The translations under genes were made by a program, and so were the position numbers. Source: the human T2T-CHM13v2.0 reference genome, Homo sapiens. Taken from it: a DNA stretch of 64,000 nucleotides. Positions 1-11,809 of this stretch are shown here, piece by piece. The stretch lies in the NCBI RefSeq assembly GCF_009914755.1, contig NC_060947.1; one strand, written 5' to 3'. Position 1 is the stretch's first letter. Every line of letters starts with the position of its first letter. A model generated the notes under the pieces. The model searched no databases. It saw only the letters and a program-made list of their open reading frames with translations, and was not told the DNA's origin.

Positions 1-332
1 TCTAGTGGTAATAGACTCCCTCAGCTTATGTTTGTCTGAGAATGTCTTAAGATCTCTCTCATTTTTGAAGGACAGTTTTGCCAGATATAAAATTTTCACT
101 TTTCTTTCAGCATTTTACCTATATAATCCCATTGCCTTATGGCCTGTAAGGTTTCTGCTTAGAAATCCACTGATAATATTATTGAGGATCCCTTTTATGT
201 GATGAGTTGCTTTTCTCTTGCTGCTCTCCAGATTCTCCTTTAACAGTTTTATTATAATGTTTCTCTGTGTGGGTGTCTTTGGATTTATGCTACTTGGAAT
301 TCATTGAATTTTCGGATTTGTAGACCTGTGTT
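1..332 (-). mobile_element. Old L1 (L1M-type) ORF1-region fragment, antisense; continues after the LTR at 661
   Basis: Typical antisense L1 ORF1 text (TCATTTTTGAAGGACAGTTTTGCCAGATATAAAATT; TCTGCTTAGAAATCCACTGAT); runs off the window start. Confidence 0.7.
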
Positions 333-660
333 TGTTATAGTTGACGTTTGCATTTCCCAAAGTTTATACGTTGATGTACAAACCCCCAGTGGAATGGTAT
401 TTAGCGGAGCCCTCAATGTGGGATTAGTGACAACAGTGAGCTTGCACCCTCTTTTCATATGCACACAACAAAGAGGTCATGTGAGCATACAGCAACATGG
501 TGGCTGCCTGCAAACCAGGAGAAGACGTCTCAGAATGAAATCTATACTGGTTCCTTGATCCTGGACCTTCCAGCCTCCAGAACTGTGAAAAAACAAATTT
601 ACATTTTTTAAGCCACCCAGTCTATGGTATTTTGTTATGACAATCTGAGCAGACTAAGAC
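333..660 (+). mobile_element. MaLR solo LTR (MLT1A/MST-like) inserted in L1
   Basis: Starts TGTTATAG; 3' end CTTCCAGCCTCCAGAACTGTGA...AAGCCACCCAGTCTATGGTATTTTGTTAT...CAGACTAAGAC is typical of MaLR LTRs. Confidence 0.75.
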
Positions 661-1912
661 CATGTCTTTCCTTAAATTTGGAAAGTTTCTAGCCATTATT
701 TCTTTAAGTAATGCCCTTTCCTTTTCTCTCTCTCTTCTCCTTCTGAGACTCCCATTATGTGTATTTGGCCCACTTGATGGTGTCCCATGAATCTTTTAGG
801 GTCTTTACTTTTCTTCATTATTTTTGCTCCTCAGACTCAATAATTTCAAGGACCTGTCTTCAGGTTCACTGATGCTTTCTTCTGCCTGTTTGAGCTTTAG
901 AATTTCAGCTTTAGAATTTCTGTTTTGTTCTTTTAGAAATAATTTCTCTTTGTTGATATTCTTATTTTGTTTATATATCATTTTCCTGGTTTTCTTTGGT
1001 TCTTATAGGTGTTTGAGCATATTTAAGGCAATTATTTTAAAGTATTTGTCTAATAAACATAATTCCTGTATTTCTTCAGAGATAGTTTCTGGAGATTTAT
1101 TTTGTTCCTTTGAGTGGGTCATGTTGTTCTGTTTCTTCTTGTACCTTTTGATCTGCTGTTGAAAATTGGGCATTTGCAAAAATAGTCACTTCTCCCAGTC
1201 TTTGAGACTTGCCTCAAAGACCACCACTAATTAGTGGGCCCTTGAGCCTTAGGGATTAGTCCAGCGTGAAGGCTTAATTCTCAGGTCTCTTCTGGGCATG
1301 CATCCTGCCTGTTTGTGTGCCCTTTTTTTTTATTCCCCTGTATACATTGCTGTTTTAAAATTTCTTAATTTCCCATAGATTCTTACCCCAGTTTTTTTCA
1401 GGGTATTACATATTCCGCTGTATTCCTCTGCCCACAATATCTTGCACCTGGCGTCTGAAGGTCTGCAATCCTCCTGCCGTTTTCCCATACTATGGCACCC
1501 ACCATTGCCTTCCCTGGCTTCTGCTAGCTTGAGATCCAAACTATTCTACTATTCCCTGTCCGAGCTCTGAGTCAGGCAAACAGAAACCAGACGCTTGAAC
1601 AGCCTATGGACAGGATAGAACATTGCAAATATCTTCTCTTTTTTTTCTGGCTCAAGGAAGGGAACCAGGCATTGGGCCACTTCCTCCTGAATTCACTGTT
1701 CTGGGGAGAATGTGGGCAAAGGTCAAAAAAAGCCAAAAATTTCCTACCATTTTGAATGAAGCTTTTTGTTGATTAGGTGTTTGCTTCATTGCTATAGATG
1801 TTTGACTAGGGGTCTATAAAGTTATTTTAGTCAATCTATAGTTTTTTTTAATGTTTCCATGGAAGAATGAGGACTTGGAGCTTTCTAGTCTGCCATCTTG
1901 CTGATGTCACTC
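661..1912 (-). mobile_element. Old L1 ORF1/5'UTR, reaching the element's 5' end
   Basis: AAATTTGGAAAGTTTCTAGCCATTATTTCTT continues the 1-332 piece; ends GCCATCTTGCTGATGTCACTC (reverse complement GAGTGACATCAGCAAGATGGC, an old L1M 5' terminus). Confidence 0.7.
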
Positions 1913-2961
1913 TCAGAATAGGAGTTTTAAAGCAGAGCAAAACCAATATGAATAAAGAAATGGAATTTCATTTGGAAAGTTTACCCTAGTCTCAAAGACT
2001 TAATTATATTCTTTTATGAGATATAGTGGTAATGATTGGATATCTTTGCCTGACATGGAAGCTAGGCCCAGAGATCTATTTGAGTATATCTGAGAGCCAG
2101 GCAGGATAGGTCTGAAAGAAACAATTTGCAAGAGGAAATGAGATGACATTTGGGATATAATTTATTCAGGGCTCTAGATTATAAAAGCCATATGGTACTA
2201 GAAATGGTATGTATTCAGTAGGAAGTCATTCAACCATGGTGACAGAGGAAGAGGCCAGATAACTTCACATGGCTTTGTCACCACTGGGAGCCTTAGCAGT
2301 CTCCACTGAAGGGGGAAGGTTGAAGAGATCAAAGAAATAGTGTCAAGTGCAAACTGATAGGAGTTGCTCATGATTACATGTGAGAAACCTCTTGGGGACT
2401 GCTAGAAGTACGTGGTAGAGTGGAATGTGTGGGGGATACTTTTTATCAGGCTAGAAATCTTAGAGGGATGGTAAAATCCAGAACAATTTGGTTTTCTAAT
2501 GTTAATGGGATTCTCCAGGCTGATGAGGTCTGAGGATGTATGTGTAACTGAAAAATTAATTTTAAAATAAAGATCCAATGAAAAGGTTTTGCTTCAAACC
2601 ATTTCAATAGCATGGTGTAGGTATAAGCCAAAAGTTAACATATACTATGTGTACCACACTGGATCATTTAGAGCTTCCTTTAATAGCGTGGAGCTTCTGT
2701 GAGGCCTGTGCTTCAATTTGGTCTGCCATTAGCCAATCTTGGACAGCAGTAATACCTAGCAGGAGCAGTACCAATGCTGTTTTTGTACTTCTTCAAAATG
2801 CATCTGTAGCTAGCATTTCTTTTTTTAATAAAACATTATTTCATTTTTACATTTTAATTGACAAATAAAATTATATATACATTTAGACTGTACAACATGA
2901 TGTTTTGATATAAGTATACATTGTGGAATGGCTAAATCAAGCCATTTAACATATGTATTAT

Positions 2962-3253
2962 TTCTTTTTTTTCTGAGATGGAGTCTCGCTCTGTCACCCA
3001 GGCTGGAGTGCAGTGGCACGATCTCCGCTTACCGCAACCTCTGCCTCCCAGGTTCAAGCGATTCTCCTGCCTCAGCCTCCCATAGCTGGAATTACAGGCG
3101 TGCGCCACCACGCCGAGCTAATTTTTGTATTTTTAGTAGAGACAGGGTTTTGCCATGTTGGCCAGGCTGGTCTTGAACTCCTGACCTCAGGTGATCTGCC
3201 TGCCTCGGCCTCCCAAGTGCTGGGATTACAGGCGTGAGGGACCGTGCCTGGCC
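2962..3253 (-). mobile_element. AluS (Sx/Sz-like)
   Basis: Full dimer, T-tail at left, ACCTCAGGTGATC diagnostic, ends CCTGGCC. Confidence 0.95.
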
Positions 3254-3522
3254 TATTTCACATACTTATTTTTTGTGGTGAAAACACTTAAAATCTACTC
3301 TCAGTGATTTTCAAGTATACAGTAATCATTATTAATTATAATCACCATGATGTACAATAGATCTCTTGAACTTACTCTCATCTAACTGAAATTTTGTATC
3401 CTTTGATCAACATCTCCCCAGTCTTCACCCCCCAACCCCCGCCAAGCCTCTGGTAACCACCATTCTACTCTTTACTTTTATGAGTACAACTTTTTAAGAT
3501 TTCGTATATGTGTGCTCTCATG

Positions 3523-3809
3523 TGGACAGGATAGAACATTGCAAATATCTTCTCTTTTTTTCTGGCACAAGGAAGGGAACCAGGAATTGGGCCACTTCCT
3601 CCTGAATTCACTGTTCTGGGGAGAATGTGGGCAAAAGCCAAAAAAAAGAGCCAAAAATTTCCTACCATTTTGAATGAAGCTTTTTGTTTATTTGGTGTTT
3701 GCTTGGTTGCTATAGATGTTTGACTAGTTTCCAGGCCTCTATAAAGTTATTTTAGTTGATCTATTTAGACAGTCTAAATAACTATAAAGTTGTTTTAGTC
3801 AATATATAA
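3523..3809 (+). repeat. Local duplicate of 1607-1840 inserted inside the L1MA 3' end
   Basis: TGGACAGGATAGAACATTGCAAATATCTTCTC...CTATAAAGTTATTTTAGT present at both places with scattered differences. Confidence 0.92.
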
Positions 3810-4009
3810 GATATTTTTCATATATAAGTATATGAGATCATGCAATATTTGTCTTTCTGTGTCTGGCTTATTTCATTTAGCATAATGTCCTCCAGGTTTA
3901 TTCATATTGTCACAAATGACATTGTCCTTCTTTTTAAAGGCTGAATAGTATTTCATTGTGTATATATACCACATTTTCTTTATCCATTCATCCCTTGATG
4001 AACACTTAG

Positions 4010-4352
<343 letters not shown>

Positions 4353-5839
4353 TGAACACAGTAGTCCAGATATCTCTTTGGCATACTATTTCCATTTCCT
4401 TTGGATATATACCCAGTAGTAGGATTGTTGGATTATACAGTAGCTCTACTTTTAATTTTTTGAGGAACCTCTATACTGTTTTCCTTAATGGCTGTACTAA
4501 TTTACAGTCTGATCAACAGTATACAAGGGCTTTCTTTTCTTCATATCCTCACCAACACTTGTTATCTCTCATGTTTTTGGATAATATCCACTCTAACAGG
4601 TGTGTGGTAACATCTCATTGTGGTTTTGATTTCCATTTCTCTGATGATTAGTAATGTCGAATATCTTTTCATATATTTGTTGGCCATTTGTATGTCTTCT
4701 TTTGAGAAATGTCTATTCAGGTTCTTTGCCTGTTTTTTAATTGGGTCGTTCATTTTTATTGCTATTGAGTTGTTTGAATTCCTTATATATTTTGGATATT
4801 AATCCTTTATCAGATATATGGTTTGTAAATATTTTCTCCCATTCCACAGGTTGTCTATTCACTCTGTTGATTCACTCTGCAGAAATTTTTTAGTTTTATG
4901 TAATCACATTTGTCTATTTTTGCTTTTGTTGCCTGTACTTTCGGAGTGATATCCATTTTTTTTTTTTTTTTTTGCCCTGACCAATGTCACAGAGGCTTTC
5001 TCTTATGTTTTCTTCTAGTAGTTTTACAGTTTCACGTCTCCAGTTTAACTGTCTAATTCATTTTGAGTTGATTTTTGAATATGGTGTGAGATGAGAGTCT
5101 CATTTTATTCTTTAGCATGTAAATATCATTTCTTTTCCAGCATCATTTATTGAGGAGACTACCCTTTCCTCATTGTGTTTTTTTGGTAATTTTGTCAAAA
5201 ATCAATTGACTACAAATACATGGACTTATTTCTGGGCTCTCTATTCTTGTAGCTAGCATTTCATTTGCAGTGAGTGGAGACTGCTGGATCCTCTGAGAAG
5301 ATCCTCATGGAGATTATTGATCTCAGTTCAGTGCTGCCAGGGAATTCAAGTGGGGGCTCATCTGAAATGGCTAAAGCCAATCATTTGTAGATGATCAAAA
5401 TGTAAGCTAATTATATTCTGAAAGATGGCTCAGAAAAATGGAAAGTAGTGGCTTTGTAGGAAGTGGATGCTATTAATTTTTAATGACACACTTACAGTTT
5501 ATAAAATCCATTTTTCTAATATAGGCAGATTTATTAAATTTAATTTCTGCCATGTGATAGAATGTTGACAATTTTGCCAAGGAATTCTCTATAGATAAAC
5601 TTAAAAAGAGGAAGAAAAAATATTTATTTCTTCCATAATACCCACTTAGGCTTTTTAATATAGAGAAGATCACTGAGTCCTGGAGAAATGCATTATCTAA
5701 TATTTATTCCATTAAAAACAATTTTTTCTTCATTTTATTTTTTAAACTATAAAGAAATGTTTTTATAGTTTTAAAAATAAAACTGCATTCATAATTCGTC
5801 CTTTGCTCCCCTCACTACCCTAGTTTCTTTTTCTGATCT

Positions 5840-6230
5840 TTTCTTTTTCATATAATGAGATCACCACTCACTTAAATATTAAGATGCCCAGGAGTGGTTT
5901 TTATCTATTCTCTTTACTTCATTTGTCCCTATATCAAAGTTGTCACCAAGTCCTGTCATTTTTGTCCCCTCAAATTTTCTTGACTCTGTTCTCTCCTCTC
6001 CAGCATTATAGAGGCTATCACAATTTCAAACCCTCATGATCTCTCATGTGAGCTCATTTCTTCTTAATTGAGCTTTTAGAATCTACTCTTTCTCCCCCAA
6101 TACCAAATTCCTTCCTCTGCCATTAGCATCATCTTTCTCAAATGTAATTCTGTCTTATCAGTCTCCTGTGTAAAGGCCTATGTTTGCTTTCCATTCAGTG
6201 CTTTCAGAATAAAGTTTAAGATCTTGCCCT
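5840..6230 (+). mobile_element. L2 fragment (upstream part, split by MLT1)
   Basis: GTCACCAAGTCCTGTCATTTT and ATCTTTCTCAAATGTAATTCTG, L2-like. Confidence 0.55.
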
Positions 6231-6232
6231 GT

Positions 6233-6912
6233 GTGACAGACTAAAGATGGATACATATACTTTGATACTTTTCCCACTGAGAAATGGGGTCTATGTTCAC
6301 TCTTATTAAATATGGAATGGGCTCTGTGACTGTTTTAACAAAATTATGACTGAAGTAATCCTGTTCTATTTTCTGGTCCCGGAAGTCAAGAGACTGGCTG
6401 TTTATACTTTCTGTTTCTTGGACCAATTACTCTGGGGACACTCCCTCTTATAACCCAGCTACCATGATATGAGAAGACTCCCTCTTATAACCCAGCTACC
6501 ATGATATGAGAAGACTCCCTCTTATAACCCAGCTACCGTGATATGAGAAGACTCCCTCTTATAACCCAGCTACCATGATATGAGAAGTCCAAGCCATGTG
6601 GAGGGGCTATGTGTGTGTGCTTCAGTTGACAGCTCCAGCTGTGCTCGCAACATCAATTGCCAGCCATGTGACTGAGCAATTTTGAACCTCCAGCAGAATT
6701 GACTGAGCTTTCAGATGAACTGCAGCCCCAGCCAACATTTCATTGCAACATCATAGACCTCAAAATAGAACCATAGAGCTGAGCCCGGTCAACCCAAAGA
6801 AACAGAACAGGTAATAATGAACTGTGGTGCCTCCAAAAAAATAATAATGAACTGTTGTTTTAAGCCACTGAGTTTTGAAGTGGCTTGTTATGCAGCAATA
6901 GATAACTGAAAG
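6233..6912 (+). mobile_element. MLT1 (G/H-like) solo LTR
   Basis: Starts TGTGACAGACTAAAGATGG; ends GTTTTAAGCCACTGAGTTTTGAAGTGGCTTGTTATGCAGCAATAGATAACTG. Confidence 0.8.
6440..6587. repeat. 37-bp minisatellite, 4 copies
   Basis: ACTCCCTCTTATAACCCAGCTACCATGATATGAGAAG at 6440, 6477, 6514, 6551; single A>G at 6538. Confidence 0.97.
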
Positions 6913-6929
6913 AACCTGGCTTAAAATGT

Positions 6930-7345
6930 GCTTTGTGATCCTTTTTTGACTTGCTCTTTTAAACTTACATCCCACAATTACCCCTACAAGCACACTACAT
7001 TTCAGCCAATCTAAATACTTGGGGAGTTCTTTTGTGACTTGATATGTTTTCATGTACTGTGCTTTTTCCTGGAATACACTTCTACTCCTTGTCTACCTGG
7101 AAAATTCTTATTCCCTTCATTACTCAGCTTCCGTCATCTCTTCTGTGAGGGCATTTTTGTCTTCCTTTGGGTGGAATTAGGTTCTCCTTCTACTGAGCTC
7201 CAATTGTAGCCTGGATCAAAGATCTTATTACACTCTATCATAATCTTTTCATGGTTTTTATTTCTACTTCTCCTTGAGGGTAGTGATCATGTCTTACTTA
7301 ACTCTGTGTTCTTATGCACTTAGCAGAGCTCTGGCATAGAGTGGA
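6930..7345 (+). mobile_element. L2 3' end
   Basis: CCTGGAATACACTTC...CTCCTTGAGGGTAGTGATCATGTCTTA...CTGGCATAGAGTGG. Confidence 0.6.
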
Positions 7346-7644
7346 CAGTACATCTGTTTCTATGTCTCTGTATGCTTGTGTGTGTACCTGTTTGTGAAGG
7401 GGCAAGGTATATTTATGGGTCTGAGGCAGAAAAAATATAAGACTAATATATTAGACTGTCTTAGGCTTTTCCTTTCTTCTTTTTCAGGTAAAATATGATT
7501 CAATGATTTGGTGTGTGATGGCAGAAACTCCTCAGAGTAATTCTAACTAGGAGGCCCTCAAATTAAATTTCAGGCAAGATAAGTAAATTTGATAAATTTT
7601 AAAGAATTATTTTGGACTAGGGATATCAAAATTCAGCCCCCCCC

Positions 7645-7646
7645 AC

Positions 7647-7684
<38 letters not shown>

Positions 7685-7815
7685 GTGTGTGTGTATATAT
7701 ATACATATATATACATACATACATATATATACATATATATACATATATACATATATATACATATATATACATATATATACATATATATATACACACACAC
7801 ACACACATATATATG
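7645..7815. repeat. Compound (TA)n/(TATACA)n/(CA)n microsatellite
   Basis: Directly visible; source of the YI/HT-repeat ORFs at 7589-7936. Confidence 0.97.
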
Positions 7816-7921
7816 TTACATATGCTATCAAATCAACTCAATGGTCTATTGGTCTAAGGATTACTTAGGATTAAAGATCACCTCTAATATATTAGGTATG
7901 CTTACATTGGTAACATACATA

Positions 7922-8310
7922 TCCCAGTTAGGATAGACAATGTTGAATTAATGACAAAAAAATTCCTCTGCATCTCAGTGGCTATTTTTACTCACATAAG
8001 GTCTGCTGCAGTTCTAGAGAGTCTCCAGGAAAGCCTCCTTCCAGTAGGGAGTGACTTAGGAATCCAAGCAGGTGCCATCTTGTGATTCCATCTTTACAAC
8101 ATGGCCTTTTTATTTGCTGAAGACAGGCAGAAGAGAAGGATAATGTAAGACTTTCTCACTGCCTTAGTATGAAATTGAAACATGTCTCTTCCATTTCTTT
8201 CCACTCACAGTCCATTTGCCAGAATTAATCATATGGTCCTGCCTAACTGCAAGAAGGGCAGGTACACAGGAAGAAGAAAGGAACCAGATTTGGTGAGTAC
8301 TAGCAATCTT
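7922..8310 (-). mobile_element. Old MLT1 (K/L-like) LTR
   Basis: CAGTTAGGATAG...ATCTCAGTGGCT; TCCATTTGCCAGAATTAATCATATGGTCCTGCCTAACTGCAAG. Confidence 0.55.
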
Positions 8311-10789
8311 CCCTCTTTTTTTTTTTTTAACCTCTGTAGCTTATTCTGAGGCTTACATTGTAATTAGTTTTTGATCTGGTAGTTTTGTAAGAACTTTAAC
8401 CATATGCAAAGAAATCTGATTGCAATTCTAGATAGACTAAATCACTTCTATGATTCCCCAACACAAATTCTATGGTAGGGAGGAAATTCATTTAGAGAAA
8501 TGGAAGTGATAAATGAAATTTCTATACTGTGGAAGAGATGACTGATCAGTAAGATCAGCTTACAATGGATGATATATGTATGTACCTTGTTCCCTGCACA
8601 GCCCTCATGAGTTATTTTCTATGGTTGATTTTGTGATACGTGACCTTGCTTTATGGTAGAGTATGGCTTTCTCATCAAGATTTGGCTTTGATATCAAACA
8701 ATTGTACATGTTAAATGTGTCTTATTTGTTCCCCTATTCTCACTTTCAAGTATGCAGTATGGCCTTTTTTCCCCTTCTAGTGTCTCTCTTATGTGTTATG
8801 TAACTTGTGAAATCTGAGTATAAGACAAATATTCAGTTTAGTCTTTAACCATCTCAGTAGCTTGGGCTTGCTTCAGGTTTCCTGAATGCCATATTTGCAT
8901 CTTTCATCTAGTAATTACAGGAAAGAGGGTCAAGGAAAGGAAGCAGTAAGTGTAGAAACATCTGGGCCCTATTGTGTAGCTACAATCAGTGCCATCATTA
9001 GTCTTTAAGATCCTCACCCCTATTTACTAATAAACAGTGAGTTCATCCAGAGTATCACAGCAATCAAAGTTAAGTGGTGAGGTTAATTGGAATCCAGCAG
9101 CCTCCTGTATCCCCAGTCTGTAGCTATTTCTTGTGTTAAGCACAAAAAAATGCTCAATGATCCTGGTTTTGTTTTGACTAAGAAGGGGGAGATTGAAGGA
9201 AGTAATTGAGAAGAAGAAGATAGATTTGGATTCTGTAATTCCTTTTTTTCAGGTTTGGGATTTCAGCGCAGAGCTTGAGGGGAAGAAGGATCAGGAATTC
9301 TCTGGTGTTGCTCTTTCCTCTTTGTGACCCTATGAGGTTAGAGGCACAATATTCAGCAGCCTCCTACCCAGCTGGTAGAGGACGGGGGCGGAGAAAGAAG
9401 GGGCAACATGAAAAACTGGGGAGTCTGATAGACTTCCCAGTTTTTTCTCCATCCATGCATATGTGATTTAACTTTTGGATTTCACTGGCTTGAATCATTT
9501 TTTTATGTGGCTGGTGTGCTTCTCATTCAAGGTTTCTGTGAGGGCATCCTCCACACAAGGAAAGAGTAAAACTCATGGTCTCTGACCGTCAGCTCACCTC
9601 TTCTCATCATTGGCTGTGTCTAACAGGAAGAGGGGCCACACACAGGCATGTGGACATTCCATCTAGACTCTCTTCACACCTTATGAAACAGCTGTCTCTT
9701 GGGTTTAGGGACATACATGCTCTAGCATGGCCGACCTTAGGGAGGCCAGATGCAGGGAGGTGAGCTATTGCAGGCTTTGGGAACTCCAGGTCTTCAGTAT
9801 CCCAGGAGATGGAAGGTATTGAGTTCCAAATGGACAGGTACCCTTGGGCCTTCAGAGTCATCATCCAGCACAGAGGGTCATACTCAGAGGGCCGGAACTG
9901 GTCTCTCTGAAGTAGGACCCAGGGCAGGGGCTCTAGTTGTGTAGGTCTCAGAGCAGTACTAATGACCATATTATGCTTTGCGACATCACAGCTGGAAACA
10001 GCAGGTATTAATTAAACTAGTCAAAAACAAAGGTGGTAGAAAAAATAGTTAAACTTGTTTCTTTTGATTTTAAATGAACTAAACCCCAAAGGTAATATGG
10101 AAATTACTTGCTTATTAGGCCAGTCCATTACTTCAAGTAATGAAAATTTGATATTCTGAAACTTCAAACTGCAAAGATTGACCTATATTTTCTCACAATT
10201 TGGAGAAACTCCAGAATAATAGCTTTTACCCTATTTTACCCATGGGATTATAAATGAATCACCTAGAAGTAGAGTGGGATTAGGTAAATGGGAGTAGGTA
10301 TCAATACTGTCCTCTAAGTAACTCTTCAAGAGTGACATGTTGTAGCCCTGTAATTATTTCCCTGTTATTAAGACAAAAGCTGAGTCAAGAGCAAAGGAAT
10401 GTAAATGTCTGTCTGAAGACCTTTTTCTTTAGCTTTCTGTGGGAGAGACCCTAAGTTGAAAGCATTACAGAGACTTCTCACTTAATGACTATAATTAATA
10501 TTACATGTGCTATGACCCATTAGGGATGCAGAGAATGACCTGAGTTGAAGTTGCTGGCCATTCTGATATACCGATTAAATATGAAAACAGTACAATATGT
10601 TAATGATATAATGCCCTTTACTTCTCTTACACTGCTAATAAAACTATTGCCATCTCCTTCATTCCTTCCTAGGTCATCTAGCCATTCATTTTTAATATGA
10701 TGAAATAACATTTTTTCTTTATGCTTATTGGATAGACTTTTTTCTCCTATTGCATTCTGATAATTACTTCTTTAGAATTGTGCATAAAA

Positions 10790-10930
10790 TTATAGAATAA
10801 TAGAGTTGGGAGGAACTTTGGATCTTATCTTGTTCAACTCCTTAACTAATGAAAGTTTCATCAGAGACGGGTACTTCCCTTCTCTCCTTGCATACTGTCA
10901 ATGATGGACACTCCTGGCTACAAAAGGTAG
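10790..10930 (-). mobile_element. Possible CR1/L3 (or MIR3) fragment
   Basis: ATAGAATAATAGAGTTGGGAGGAACTTTGGATCTTATCTTGTTCAACTCC. Confidence 0.4.
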
Positions 10931-10934
10931 ATGA

Positions 10935-11790
10935 CTCGGGAGGAAAATGAGAATATTTTTTTCTGGATTTTGTCTGAGAATTTAGAGCAATGGGAGTGAT
11001 TTGTACCCACACAGTCTAAAGTGAAGGGTACATCTATACAGGACTTGCTAAGGGGTGGTCAAGCCATTCTTTCAACTATCAGTTCCCATTACCCTCCTCT
11101 AGGAGACCAGAGGGTGCAGGGTAGAATAAGGGAGAGGGGATAACCGCACAGACAGAGGACTTCAGAGGTCTTAAGAGGGTTCCTTTCAAGTCTTTAGCTG
11201 ACTACTGATCAATGCATGCTTGTGAAAGAACTAACGGAGACTGTGGAAGAAGTCACTTGAAGGGATTACAGAGAAAAATCTCCCGTGCTCACTCAAGGCT
11301 AGGAATAGTTACTGTTCCTATCAGCCAGAGATAAATGCTCCTTATGCGCTGTCAAAAATCTCATAATTCATGAGACATTGGGTAGAGTATTAAGAAGTGG
11401 AGGAAAATAGCCCTAGATTAAATGATCTGGTCTCAATGAAGAAAGCTTAAAAGCAACTCTGATATTGAAGACAGGAACAAAGAAACTAGAAAAAGAAAAG
11501 CAAATGAAACAAAAAATAAGTAGAAGAAAAAATAAATAAGGATCAGAGTGGAAACTAATGACATAGAAAACAAACAAGTAGAGAAAATCAATGAAACCAA
11601 AAGCTAGTTTTTGAGAAGATAAATAAAATTGATGAACCTCTAGCCAGAATAATCAGGAATAAAAGAGAGTAAACATAAATTACTAGTATCAGGAGTGGGA
11701 GATGACATTACTACAGGTTCTGTAGGTATCAAAAGATTAATAAAGGAATGCTATGAAAAACTTTATTCCAATAAATTCAACAACTGAAAT
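10935..11790 (+). mobile_element. Old L1: 5' region joined to an ORF2 fragment (internally deleted)
   Basis: TCAAGTCTTTAGCTGACTACTGATCAATGC...CTCATAATTCATG (L1MD/M4-like 5' region); 11460-11790 is decayed ORF2 (AATCAATGAAACCAAAAGCTAGTT, AAAATTGATGAACCTCTAGCCAGA = KIDEPLAR). Confidence 0.7.
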
Positions 11791-11809
11791 TCTACAGATT
11801 TTAAAAGGC

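Noticed and set aside
6440-6587. 37-bp repeats of CRISPR-like length
   Set aside because: Units are head-to-tail with no spacers, lie inside a mammalian LTR, and there are no cas genes
7589-7936. Five overlapping ORFs rich in Y/I/H/T or Y/V/C
   Set aside because: Translations of a TA/CA microsatellite
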